Origin: a virus
Length of the DNA: 46,145 nucleotides
UHGV virus genome: UHGV-0144499
Strand: one strand, 5' to 3'
Under the pieces are notes generated by a model. The model was not told the DNA's origin, did no database searches, and saw only the letters and a list, made by a program, of their open reading frames with translations. Each line of letters opens with the position of its first letter. Position 1 is the stretch's first letter. The position numbers and the translations under genes were made by a program. Positions 1 to 8,753 of this stretch are shown here, in pieces.

Positions 1-92
1 GAACAGCAAGACCCGGCGGATTTTTTCTGTGCTGTTTATTCAGTTGATGGTGTTGTATCTGCATTAAATAAACATGGATTAAAGGTGAAATC

Positions 93-437
93 ATGAAACT
101 ACAACTTAACGAAATCATGGAAGCAACAATCAGCGAACTGGATGACATTGATATGACGCTTGCCTTTGAGATTGAGGCTATCGAGCGCCAGCTTTCTGGA
201 AACCATGATGCAGGCAGGGCATGGAAAGAGAAGGCCATGAAAGCGCGAGACCACATGCAGCGCACCCGCGCGCTGGTTCGCACTCGCCTTGATAAGCTCT
301 ACTACGGTGAAGAAAGAATGTTGCATGGCGCCATTCTGGCTGAAATCCGCAAAACGATGCCTGTCGGGAAATTCATGGATGCCGTAAACCGCGCAAAAAT
401 TAACTGCGGAATGCTAAATAAGAATAGTCCTCAATAA
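93..437 (+). CDS. hypothetical protein (114 aa)
   Basis: Intact ORF from ATG at 93; continues the + strand small-gene cluster seen at the window end; no recognisable motif. Confidence 0.5.
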   Translation: MKLQLNEIMEATISELDDIDMTLAFEIEAIERQLSGNHDAGRAWKEKAMKARDHMQRTRALVRTRLDKLYYGEERMLHGAILAEIRKTMPVGKFMDAVNRAKINCGMLNKNSPQ

Positions 438-481
438 ATCTTCATCCGTGGCTGTTACCTTGCACTCAGGAGGTAGCAGCC

Positions 482-604
482 ATGCCAATCATACTGATAT
501 CATTCTTTGCTACTCTTTTCGCTTTTACCGCATCTCCGCTTTACCTTCTCGCGTCCGTTTCGTGGTGCATATTAATGGTGTGTTATAATCCGGGCATAAA
601 GTAA
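482..604 (+). CDS. small hydrophobic membrane peptide (40 aa, MPIILISFFATLFAFTASPLYLL...)
   Basis: ATG preceded by a consensus RBS AGGAGG at optimal spacing; product is almost entirely hydrophobic; below the ORF-track size cutoff. Confidence 0.4.
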   Translation: MPIILISFFATLFAFTASPLYLLASVSWCILMVCYNPGIK

Positions 605-619
605 GCACGGAGAAAGGTC

Positions 620-2020
620 ATGATTGTCAAAATTGGCGACAAGTGGGTCGTTAAATCTAAGGATGGCTCGCACCAGTTTGGCGAGTACAACACCGAAGAG
701 GTGGCGAAAAAGCGCCTTGCTGAGGTGGAGGCATTCAAGCACATGAATAATAAATTACAGGTTAACATCCTGTACACAATCAACTCAGCCAGCAACATCA
801 GTGAAAAAATCATTGATGGCGACCCGCATTATGTCATCAAGAATGTTGTGCCGGTGGTGGATGACATCGTCATGAATGGCGGTCTGTACCCTGGCGATGA
901 GATTAAAAAGTCATTCCATGGTCTTGACGGGAAACCGGCGCCATATGACCACCCGAAGATTGATGGCAAATATGTGTCAGCCAACATGACGCGAGCCGCC
1001 AATCAGTTCAGCGTTGGTGCATGGATTGAGAACTCATCTCATGACGGCAGCAAAGCACTGGTAGACCTTTATATTAACAAGGTGGTGGCTGAGCGCTCTG
1101 ATAAAGGCAGGGAATTGCTGTCGCGCATTGACGGACTCAAAGTTAACAGCGCCGATGCTGAACCTGTTCAGGTGTCCACCGGTCTGTTACTCGACCGCGA
1201 GCAGGCATCAGGAACTTCTAAGGGCAAAAAATATTCCTGGATTGCCCGGAATATGGAGTGGGATCACCTCGCCATTCTTCCACCTGGCATTCCAGGTGCT
1301 GGCGGCCCTGCTGATGGTGTCGGTATCTTTGCTGCTAACGGCGAAGACATTGAGCGCGTTGTAGTTAACCTTGAGGAATCAGCAATGACCGACGAAAGTG
1401 CAAACAAAATCAAATGGTGGCAGCGCGCCATCAATCGACTGACTGGGAATCAGCTGTCATTCACTGATATTACTGAGCAACTCCGCAATATCATCAAGGC
1501 AGAGACTCAGTCTGATGTATGGCCCTATATCGTCGCCGTTTATGATAATTACTTCGGCGTTGAGATTGACGGCACCATTTATATGCAGTCCTACATCGTC
1601 CGCGAGGATATGGTAGAATTAGTCGGTGAACGGGTTAAGGCTGTTTATAAGACAGAGCTTGAACCGGTAAAAACAACTCAAGGGGAAATCTCAATGACTA
1701 ACGAGGAATTACAGGCTGCATTAGCCGACGCCCTCAAACCGGTTCAGGAATCGTTGACCGCAGTCAACCAGAAACTGGCCGATGTGGAGGCGCAAAACAA
1801 AACCCTGCGCGACCAGCTTCAAGCCAATGCCGCACAGGAAGAAACCGCAATGCGCGCCGCCATTATGGCTGAGCTGAAGTTGCCGGAATCTGCTGTTAAT
1901 GCGCTGACTGGCGAAGCACTGCGTGAAACCTATGCGCTCACCAGTAAAGCGGCTCCGATTTCCGGCGGGTTCCAGCCGAACCGTGCCGAAGAAGATTTTG
2001 ATATGGAGGCACCTGAATAA
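620..2020 (+). CDS. putative head scaffolding / prohead maturation protein (466 aa)
   Basis: First large gene of the head operon, immediately upstream of the decoration-like and major capsid genes; C-terminal ~120 aa are coiled-coil, Ala/Glu/Gln-rich, scaffold-like; TAATG coupling to next gene. Confidence 0.45.
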   Translation: MIVKIGDKWVVKSKDGSHQFGEYNTEEVAKKRLAEVEAFKHMNNKLQVNILYTINSASNISEKIIDGDPHYVIKNVVPVVDDIVMNGGLYPGDEIKKSFHGLDGKPAPYDHPKIDGKYVSANMTRAANQFSVGAWIENSSHDGSKALVDLYINKVVAERSDKGRELLSRIDGLKVNSADAEPVQVSTGLLLDREQASGTSKGKKYSWIARNMEWDHLAILPPGIPGAGGPADGVGIFAANGEDIERVVVNLEESAMTDESANKIKWWQRAINRLTGNQLSFTDITEQLRNIIKAETQSDVWPYIVAVYDNYFGVEIDGTIYMQSYIVREDMVELVGERVKAVYKTELEPVKTTQGEISMTNEELQAALADALKPVQESLTAVNQKLADVEAQNKTLRDQLQANAAQEETAMRAAIMAELKLPESAVNALTGEALRETYALTSKAAPISGGFQPNRAEEDFDMEAPE

Positions 2021-2484
2021 TGGCTACTATCCGTTATGGCACCATCATCGGCGGCCCGGCCCGCAAAAACGACCCGCAGTTGCGCGAAGGGCTGATGAAC
2101 GTCGCTCTGCAACCTGGCGCACTGGTCGACTTCAACTCCTCTGACAAAATCATCGCGCATGCGACTGCTGGCGGTCATGGTTTCCCTTACGTTCTGCAAC
2201 ACAACTATGTTGGCGGCGGTGACGTGAGCGAGGCTGTACCGGCAAATGCTACCGGCATGGCAGTACAGTGCGAATTTGGCGTAACGTATCACGCTCTGGT
2301 TGCGGCATCCTCCGAGCTGGTAAAAGGTACTCCGCTGGCAAGCGATGGCTCCGGCGCGTTAAAGGTTGCAGAAGCAGGAGAAAATATCCTGTTTTATGCG
2401 TATGAAGCCTACACCGTAGCATCTGATGGCGCTGAACTCGTTGCAGTTCGTCGTGCTGGCAATGCTGCAATGCCTGCGGCGTAA
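2020..2484 (+). CDS. putative head decoration / capsid accessory protein (154 aa)
   Basis: Small Gly/Ala-rich protein between scaffold-like gene and MCP, the usual decoration-protein position; translationally coupled (TAATG). Confidence 0.35.
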   Translation: MATIRYGTIIGGPARKNDPQLREGLMNVALQPGALVDFNSSDKIIAHATAGGHGFPYVLQHNYVGGGDVSEAVPANATGMAVQCEFGVTYHALVAASSELVKGTPLASDGSGALKVAEAGENILFYAYEAYTVASDGAELVAVRRAGNAAMPAA

Positions 2485-2495
2485 GGAGCCGAACA

Positions 2496-3584
2496 ATGGA
2501 AAAGATTATCTTTACGAAAGGCTTAATCACCAATTCGCAGGTGGTTAAAGAGCAATGGCGTCACCTGACTGTTGACCGCAAGGTTTTCATCAATGGTGAA
2601 AACGCTCTGGCGAAAGAATACGGCGTGAACGCCACCGCGCTGGTAACGAAAGACTACTGGCGCGAAGTGGACGATGTGACCACCCGCGTGTTCCGCAACG
2701 AGTCCGGCATGGACATGATGGCCGACCTGATGACGCTGGCGACCAACATCAACATCGGTAAGACCGTGGCAATTAGCCGCATGGCCTCCGATGCTGGCAA
2801 GGTTGTGCGCACCATCTCCGGGCAGGAGCCTGAAGACCTGGATAAAACCCGCTATTCCTACAGCGGAGATGTAATCCCGATCTTCAAAACCGGTTATGGC
2901 CGCGAGTGGCGCGAGCTGATGGGTATGCAGTCTGAAGGTTTCGACCCGCTGATTGATGACCAGGAAAGCACCACCTTTAACCTGCGCGCAGACATGGCGG
3001 ATTATCTGCTGGTCGGCGATGCAAGCCTGAACGTGAACGGCGTTTATACTGCTTACGGCATCACCAACCACCCGAACACCGTGCAGCTCAACCTGGGTGC
3101 CTCCGGTACTGGCGCGCTGAACATCGACCTGCAAACTGCAACCCCTGATGAAATCGTTGAGTTCTTCAACCAGGGTTTCCAGGCGGTTCTGGACGCGCAG
3201 AACGTGTTCGAGCCGGTTACTCTGTGGGTTTCTCCGTCTGTGCGCCGCTCCTTCAGCCGCCCGTACTCCAACGCGGCAGGCTTCAAAGGCGGCACCATTG
3301 AGGATTATATCCTAGCATTCGGCAAAACCGGCAACGTTGGCCGCATCGCGTCTATCGGCACCAACTTCAAGCTGACCGGGAACCATTTCGTCGGCTACGT
3401 GAAGAATGCTCTGTATATCCGCCCTCGCGTCGCTCAGCCGGTATCCACCTATGCAGAGCCGCGTACCACGCCGCACGCTAACTTTAACTTCCTGACCTGG
3501 GCTGCTATGGGCCTGCAAATCCGTAAGGATTTCAATGGTCGAAGCAAAGTTTTCAACGGCTACGGCACGCAAACCGCGCTGTAA
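2496..3584 (+). CDS. major capsid protein (362 aa)
   Basis: Strong RBS AAGGAG 6 nt upstream; size, position after scaffold/decoration genes and strong terminator immediately downstream typical of MCP. Confidence 0.65.
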   Translation: MEKIIFTKGLITNSQVVKEQWRHLTVDRKVFINGENALAKEYGVNATALVTKDYWREVDDVTTRVFRNESGMDMMADLMTLATNINIGKTVAISRMASDAGKVVRTISGQEPEDLDKTRYSYSGDVIPIFKTGYGREWRELMGMQSEGFDPLIDDQESTTFNLRADMADYLLVGDASLNVNGVYTAYGITNHPNTVQLNLGASGTGALNIDLQTATPDEIVEFFNQGFQAVLDAQNVFEPVTLWVSPSVRRSFSRPYSNAAGFKGGTIEDYILAFGKTGNVGRIASIGTNFKLTGNHFVGYVKNALYIRPRVAQPVSTYAEPRTTPHANFNFLTWAAMGLQIRKDFNGRSKVFNGYGTQTAL

Positions 3585-3587
3585 AAA

Positions 3588-3612
3588 TAAAGGGGGCGTA
3601 TAGCCCCTTTTA
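3588..3612 (+). terminator. rho-independent terminator after MCP
   Basis: aaaggggGC-gtata-GCcccttt stem followed by TTTTAAC. Confidence 0.6.
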
Positions 3613-3625
3613 ACTATCAGAGGTT

Positions 3626-4003
3626 ATGATGACCAGTAAAGGCATTGAGCAAGAAATTAAAGATAAAGGATTGACTGCTCCACGCGTTACTCTGGAGCAT
3701 ATTCATTCGATTATTGTTGGTGAGTATTACTTTACTGCATCAGATGGCGTGCAGCAGGCTTTCCACGAGCAGGATGAATTGACTCGGATGTGTGGGGCTC
3801 ATGATGAGTTGAAATTTCTTACCTTTTGCGTCTTGGTACTGAAAAACGGCTTCACCGTGACAGGAGAAAGCGCCTGCGCCAGTCCAGCTAATTTCAATGC
3901 CGAGATTGGTCGCAAGATTGCCAGAGAGAATGCGGTAAATAAAATATGGATGCTTGAGGGGTACCTCCTTAAGCAGAACCTTTCGGAGGTAAAAAATGGC
4001 TAA
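3626..4003 (+). CDS. hypothetical protein (125 aa)
   Basis: ORF with RBS, in head module. Confidence 0.5.
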   Translation: MMTSKGIEQEIKDKGLTAPRVTLEHIHSIIVGEYYFTASDGVQQAFHEQDELTRMCGAHDELKFLTFCVLVLKNGFTVTGESACASPANFNAEIGRKIARENAVNKIWMLEGYLLKQNLSEVKNG

Positions 4004-4190
4004 ATATGAAGTAATCGCTAGCGGAATCTTTGTCAAGGATAAAGACGGTCGTCTGCGCGAGCTTGCCATTGGCGACGTGATTGACGAATCCACTCCGCAC
4101 ATTGAGTCAAAACTTCGCCCGGTTAGTGAGAAAATTCTGGAAGTTGCAACTCCGCAAGAATCGCAGCCAAAGGCGAAGAAAACCAAGTAA
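3996..4190 (+). CDS. hypothetical small protein (64 aa)
   Basis: ATGGCTAA overlap coupling with upstream gene; Lys-rich C-terminus. Confidence 0.45.
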   Translation: MAKYEVIASGIFVKDKDGRLRELAIGDVIDESTPHIESKLRPVSEKILEVATPQESQPKAKKTK

Positions 4191-4194
4191 AATA

Positions 4195-4219
4195 AACCCG
4201 CAAACAAGCGGGTTTTTTA
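4195..4219 (+). terminator. rho-independent terminator
   Basis: aacccgc-aaacaa-gcgggtt stem followed by TTTTTTAT. Confidence 0.6.
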
Positions 4220-4305
4220 TTGGGGGTTATCATGGCTGTCAGGTACGAAATAAACACAACTCCGGCTGACGGAGAGGTTTTGCTTAGCGAAACCATGTCA
4301 GCAGA

Positions 4306-5052
4306 TTGGGGGCTGCATTGCAGGTGCAGATTGTGCCATTAAACTCTTCCGGCGGTCACGCACCATTAACAAGCGGCTCTGTTTCCGTAATGGTATCGCC
4401 GTTTGCATCTGGTGACTTCTGGGTTGACGTCAACAATAATAATTATTATGGCGTGGCATTGCGACTGAAAGTAATCAAGTCGCAGCTTCCTGCTGGCGTT
4501 GCATCCCTGAAAGTCCTGGTGTGGCGAGCTGATACCTCAGTGCCATCAAGCCAGGTTGTCGCGCAGTCCTACTCGGAGCTTGCCAACAAGCAGGGAAAGC
4601 TATTCACCGCATCGCGTCGCGTTACTGATGTCTCTGGTGGGTCTAACCTTGACAGCATTTTTATTACCGGCTCAAAACAGGTTGTGTTTAACCAGCGTAT
4701 CATCGGATACACCGGAAAAGGTGTCGTGGCGTCAATCTACCGTGGAGCTGTAGCCACTGGCGGCACCGCTGCGGAGATTAATAACCCAAATGATGTTGCT
4801 CCGCATACTGCAACAGCGCAGCTTCTGACTGGCTCTACGATTACAAGTATTGGGCAGCTGACGGTGGCTGCGACGTATAGTGAAGGGAACGCATCGAATC
4901 AGGGTCAGGGTAATTCGCAGGCAAAACTTGGTGAGCAGGTCATCATGGCGCCTAATACTACCTACCTGTTGCGTATCACATCGCTGGATACTGCGGCGCA
5001 AAATATCAATGCTTACGTTTCGTGGTTTGAGGATGACGCTTATCTTCCTTGA
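4306..5052 (+). CDS. hypothetical virion-associated protein (248 aa; non-ATG start or frameshifted N-terminus)
   Basis: Long Ser/Thr/Gly/Val-rich beta-type ORF; frame opens at 4288 with no ATG, TTG at 4306; a 36-codon ATG ORF (4232-4342) overlaps in the -1 frame across a TTGGGGG run. Confidence 0.45.
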   Translation: MGAALQVQIVPLNSSGGHAPLTSGSVSVMVSPFASGDFWVDVNNNNYYGVALRLKVIKSQLPAGVASLKVLVWRADTSVPSSQVVAQSYSELANKQGKLFTASRRVTDVSGGSNLDSIFITGSKQVVFNQRIIGYTGKGVVASIYRGAVATGGTAAEINNPNDVAPHTATAQLLTGSTITSIGQLTVAATYSEGNASNQGQGNSQAKLGEQVIMAPNTTYLLRITSLDTAAQNINAYVSWFEDDAYLP

Positions 5053-5086
5053 TAAAAGAAAAGCCCCGGCAGGGGCTTTGTTTATT
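5053..5086. terminator. bidirectional rho-independent terminator
   Basis: gcccc-ggca-ggggc hairpin flanked by A-run upstream and T-run downstream; sits between convergent genes ending 5052 (+) and 5082 (-). Confidence 0.55.
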
Positions 5087-5360
5087 GGCGTTCCTGTAAC
5101 TTATCACGAAGCTTACTTAAAGCATCAACCATAACCTTAACATGCCAAAGCTCCTCTTCCTCATAAGCTAGCTTATTCTTACCAATTGACGTCGTCACGC
5201 AAGTTGTGATTTTGTTTCTCATGATGTCGGAGAGCTTCAGCAACTGCCTTTCATCACCACATTGCAAAACCAAATCCACAAGCTCGGTATATTCCTTGTT
5301 GTGTTCTTCGTAACTTCCTTTAACCACTCCACAGCAAAGGCATCTTTTCATATCGGACAT
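5082..5360 (-). CDS. hypothetical Cys-rich protein (92 aa)
   Basis: ORF; CLCCG...C...QCG cysteine pattern suggests metal binding; last gene of reverse-oriented cassette. Confidence 0.5.
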   Translation of the reverse strand: MSDMKRCLCCGVVKGSYEEHNKEYTELVDLVLQCGDERQLLKLSDIMRNKITTCVTTSIGKNKLAYEEEELWHVKVMVDALSKLRDKLQERQ

Positions 5361-5386
5361 TTTCTAAATCCTCATTGGCATAACTG

Positions 5387-5560
5387 TTATTTTTTGTTCT
5401 TGATGTAATGCTGCTTTGCAATATACAGCATCTCATCAAATGATTTTCCGGTAACGCTTCTGCATTGTCGATAGTGTTGTAACGCAGCCTCTATGGCCGC
5501 GTTGTCGATGCCTGGCAGTTTTTCGCGCAGGTTTTTCTCTATGAATTGTTCGGGGTTCAT
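5387..5560 (-). CDS. hypothetical small protein (~57 aa)
   Basis: Hand-translated ORF MNPEQFIEKNLREKLPGIDNAAIEAAL...; below track cutoff. Confidence 0.35.
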   Translation of the reverse strand: MNPEQFIEKNLREKLPGIDNAAIEAALQHYRQCRSVTGKSFDEMLYIAKQHYIKNKK

Positions 5561-5646
5561 CTTTGCCGCCTAAATGAAATATTACTTCCACCTATTGCAA
5601 CGTAACGGAATTTTCCGCAACCTTTTTTAACTCTGCACTTTCTGTA

Positions 5647-5814
5647 TCAGTATCGTCGAATTTCATGGTATGCCTTTTCTGTTAAAAGGAATGTGAATCC
5701 TTTATCAATGGCGCCAGCAATCTCAATAACAGCTTTAGACATTTGATCAATAATGTCTTTGGTGCTCATCGAAGACCAATCAACGCCATTACCGCTATTG
5801 ATTAACCCTTTCAT
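5647..5814 (-). CDS. hypothetical small protein (55 aa)
   Basis: ATGA overlap with stop of the ParB-like gene (translational coupling); hand-translated. Confidence 0.35.
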   Translation of the reverse strand: MKGLINSGNGVDWSSMSTKDIIDQMSKAVIEIAGAIDKGFTFLLTEKAYHEIRRY

Positions 5815-6629
5815 CACAGCTTCTCCAGAATGGCTAACACTTCACTCAACTCAGCGGAAGGAAGGCGCAAAAATTCTTCTGTCTCCTGTGCCACATGGCC
5901 CTCAGCGACAACCATGTGATCTGCTTCTTTCAGCAACTGAATCAGGCGGTCAATCGGCTTAACTTTTTTGGCTTTGAGCGTTTTAGCCGTCACTTTATCC
6001 TTGCCCTGCGCTTTCGCTTCCTCAACGGCAGCATCAATAACGTTAACGGCATCATCGCCATGCTCGCGCGTCACTGCAACGGCGTTGGCATAGCTGATTT
6101 GGCCTGCATTGATGCGTTGCTTGATGGCATCAGGAACATCACCAAGTGACAGGTGCATCTGCACATCAGAAACTGAGCGGCCTACTTTTTTGGAGATTTC
6201 TTCATTCGTCCATCCGAACCCTTTGAGGCGCACATAAGCCTTTGCACGCTCAAGCGGGTCAAGCTGTTTGCCCTGACTGGATGACACCATGAAGGCGATT
6301 TTATCCGCTTCATCTCCGGTGAAATCTTTGCACTCAATGCGCGCAATTGGTACGCCGCGCTCAATGGCACGCAATGCGCCAAGGTAACGATGCTGACCGT
6401 CAAGAATCTTGATGCGCTTTCCGTCGGCATCAGGAATAACAGTTAACGCCGGGATTGGCTGGCCTGATTCCCAGCACTGCGCGAAGTACTCGACATGCTG
6501 CTCATCGGCTTCGCGGATGTTGTACCCCGGCTCAAGATAAAGCTGATCGACAGGAACCTGATAACCTTTGTTGACCACGATTCCGCCGCGAGTTTCTTTG
6601 TCTGAGTAAATTTTTCCGAGAGATGTCAT
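5814..6629 (-). CDS. ParB-like nuclease/CTPase-fold domain protein with HTH (271 aa)
   Basis: ParB N-terminal domain motif ILDGQHRYLGALRA (GxxRxxA arginine finger region) and downstream HTH; start set at ATG with AGGAA RBS (MTSLGKIY) rather than the RBS-less upstream ATG at 6665. Confidence 0.65.
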   Translation of the reverse strand: MTSLGKIYSDKETRGGIVVNKGYQVPVDQLYLEPGYNIREADEQHVEYFAQCWESGQPIPALTVIPDADGKRIKILDGQHRYLGALRAIERGVPIARIECKDFTGDEADKIAFMVSSSQGKQLDPLERAKAYVRLKGFGWTNEEISKKVGRSVSDVQMHLSLGDVPDAIKQRINAGQISYANAVAVTREHGDDAVNVIDAAVEEAKAQGKDKVTAKTLKAKKVKPIDRLIQLLKEADHMVVAEGHVAQETEEFLRLPSAELSEVLAILEKL

Positions 6630-6636
6630 CTTTTCC

Positions 6637-6753
6637 TCACTTTGATAAACAGATTGCGCTGGCAATGGCGAATCCGATAACGATTAATGCCAGCTTGATT
6701 TTGAACTTGTCCCACGCCTTCAGTTCTTCTTTTCGGATTTCGTGGCGAATCAT
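6637..6753 (-). CDS. small membrane ORF (38 aa)
   Basis: Hydrophobic core LALIVIGFAIASAI; its TGA overlaps the RBS of the ParB-like gene. Confidence 0.3.
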   Translation of the reverse strand: MIRHEIRKEELKAWDKFKIKLALIVIGFAIASAICLSK

Positions 6754-7031
6754 TTGGATTCTCCGAGTGCTTTTGCGATTGCGGCATGAGCCTTGCTCAA
6801 GGCAGCGGCATTCCTTTTTGTTGGCGTAGTGAAGACGATCAACATTTCCAGTGCTTCAAATAGTTCAGAAATAACCATATCGCGATGGCCAAGTTCTGCT
6901 GCAATATCAGTCTTGGTGAACAGACCCTCTCTAGTCATTGCTGACACATGTCGTGAATAAAATCCACCAACTTCATCTAAAGACTCAATGTCTCGTCTTG
7001 CGTATTCAAACTTAATGCTCATCTTCATCAC
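6750..7031 (-). CDS. hypothetical protein (93 aa)
   Basis: ORF in reverse cassette. Confidence 0.5.
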   Translation of the reverse strand: MMKMSIKFEYARRDIESLDEVGGFYSRHVSAMTREGLFTKTDIAAELGHRDMVISELFEALEMLIVFTTPTKRNAAALSKAHAAIAKALGESK

Positions 7032-7051
7032 CTATAACATTTTTCATTAAG

Positions 7052-7399
7052 CTACCACTGCTCCGCCCATGCGAAAAACGGCATTGGGGCATCGTAAGTT
7101 GTTGCATCTTCCATTGAATCCCACTCCGAGTAAATCCAGTTTCCTCGATTGTCAGCTCCAACCTCTATGACTTTGCCGTTTTTACAGGTTACTAAATTTG
7201 AATTTAATTGACCCCTCAGATACTTACCAAGTGGATAGAATGCAGAATTCTTCCCTGACTCATTAAATTCAGCAGACACCATTTCGGCCAATTCCTCACC
7301 GCGAACACTCCACATTGAGTGAATTGCAGGCTTAACAAATGAGCCGTGTTTTTCTTTCCAGTTTTCTACATATGCATCATATTGCTGGCGCTGGTTCAT
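7052..7399 (-). CDS. hypothetical protein (115 aa from MNQRQQY)
   Basis: ORF; start moved to ATG with GGTGGTGA RBS; first gene downstream of the cassette promoter. Confidence 0.5.
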   Translation of the reverse strand: MNQRQQYDAYVENWKEKHGSFVKPAIHSMWSVRGEELAEMVSAEFNESGKNSAFYPLGKYLRGQLNSNLVTCKNGKVIEVGADNRGNWIYSEWDSMEDATTYDAPMPFFAWAEQW

Positions 7400-7426
7400 T
7401 TTCACCACCCCTAACATTTATTGTTG

Positions 7427-7484
7427 TTTCTACGTCATCACTATAGCGACACCCTCAATCTACGTCAACACTTTATGATAAAAT
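7427..7484. promoter_or_regulatory. divergent promoter/operator region: tandem TCTACGTCA repeats; minus-direction TTGACG-17-CTATAG; plus-direction extended -10 TGATAAAAT
   Basis: Two copies of (T/A)TCTACGTCA(T/A)CAC 22 bp apart (7427-7440, 7455-7468); reverse strand reads TTGACGtagattgagggtgtcgcTATAG; plus strand TGATAAAAT at 7476-7484. Confidence 0.45.
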
Positions 7485-7629
7485 TAAACCAACAACACTC
7501 ACCCCGCGCTGTTCCGTCCTGAAAAACGTAAGGCGGCGAAATTGGATATAGCAATCGGCGTTATCGTCATAGCGTTTTTGCTGGTTCAGGTGTACAGATG
7601 CTGGAAGTTCATCATTCGGAGAATAATTA

Positions 7630-7917
7630 ATGAGAGACGCGCTTCAGCACGCCGCAAACCAGATAATTAGTGGCACTGTCAGCCAGGTAATCGACAAAGC
7701 CGGTTATACATCCATCGGCACGGGTCTTGGCCTGAAGGTGGCAGAGCAGACGCCAGTAGCACAATCATACATTGCCTCAATGATCCCCCATTCGATTACC
7801 GAGTGGGCGGCAGTAGCCTCTATACTTGGCGCGCTGTCACTGGTGGCAAAAAACCTTTTTGAGATGTGGTGGAAGATTCGGGAGAGCAAAAAGAATGGCA
7901 GCACCGACAGCAAGTGA
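7630..7917 (+). CDS. hypothetical membrane-associated protein (95 aa)
   Basis: ORF with hydrophobic segments; first gene of connector/neck operon. Confidence 0.5.
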   Translation: MRDALQHAANQIISGTVSQVIDKAGYTSIGTGLGLKVAEQTPVAQSYIASMIPHSITEWAAVASILGALSLVAKNLFEMWWKIRESKKNGSTDSK

Positions 7918-8287
7918 ACTTGTCGCCGCCATGGCGTCAAGAGGCGTAACTATCACCACGGCGGACGCAACGGGCATCCTGTGCCTGGTGGCGAGCATCA
8001 CAGAGTGCCTTGAGCTTAATTACCCTGAAGACACATGTAGGCAGGATGCAATTCTGCTATGGGCCTCAATCCTTATCGCCTCAAATACAGCCGGAAGATA
8101 CATAACCAGCCACCGGGCGCCATCTGGTGCGTCGCAGTCATTTGGCTATGGCAGTAAGCCGTGGATGGCCCTTTACAATCAGATGAAGCTACTCGATACG
8201 GCAGACTGCACAGGCGACCTTGTGGAAGAGCCTGATGGGGCAGCAAAGCCGTGGTTTCGTGTTGTCACCGGGAGTAAGTGCAGATGA
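7895..8287 (+). CDS. hypothetical protein (130 aa), head-tail connector region
   Basis: Start moved to MAAPTASEL ATG overlapping upstream stop. Confidence 0.45.
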   Translation: MAAPTASELVAAMASRGVTITTADATGILCLVASITECLELNYPEDTCRQDAILLWASILIASNTAGRYITSHRAPSGASQSFGYGSKPWMALYNQMKLLDTADCTGDLVEEPDGAAKPWFRVVTGSKCR

Positions 8288-8418
8288 AAACGTCAACATT
8301 AACTGTAAATATCGCAATCCGTAAATGGTGCATGCCGCTGCTGGTTATTCTGGTATTGCTGCGCCTTCCTGTTCCGCGCTGGATTTATACTATTGAGGCC
8401 GCACCATGTCAGCAATAG
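8284..8418 (+). CDS. small membrane ORF (44 aa)
   Basis: ATGA overlap; hydrophobic CMPLLVILVLLRLPV. Confidence 0.3.
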   Translation: MKTSTLTVNIAIRKWCMPLLVILVLLRLPVPRWIYTIEAAPCQQ

Positions 8419-8750
8419 CGAGATGGAGCTATACGCAGCCATGCACAATCTGGCGACTTACTGGCAAGGATAAGTATGGTAAGCCGACGTTTGCCGCGCC
8501 AGAGTCCATCATGTGTGATTATGGCTTCGATAAGAATCTGACCACCGGCACAGCTGGCAATGAGATTGCACAGAAAAACACATTCTGGACGGAATACCAG
8601 GATGCGTCTGTTGGCGACTTCATCATGCTTGGCACCATTACCAGTGCTGACCCTTTGGCTGCCGGAGCTGACCAGATTAGAAACGTCGTGAATTACGGCA
8701 ATACACTAAATCGCAACGACCTTCCTGATTTTGCGCTGGTAACGGGGTAA
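8406..8750 (+). CDS. putative head-tail joining / head completion protein (114 aa)
   Basis: Position and size in neck module; RBS GAGG. Confidence 0.4.
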   Translation: MSAIARWSYTQPCTIWRLTGKDKYGKPTFAAPESIMCDYGFDKNLTTGTAGNEIAQKNTFWTEYQDASVGDFIMLGTITSADPLAAGADQIRNVVNYGNTLNRNDLPDFALVTG

Positions 8751-8753
8751 TGT

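Noticed and set aside
1-40. Terminator-like GC-rich segment plus T-run at the window start (agacccggcgg ATTTTTT)
   Set aside because: The complementary arm would lie outside the window; cannot be supported from this sequence alone.
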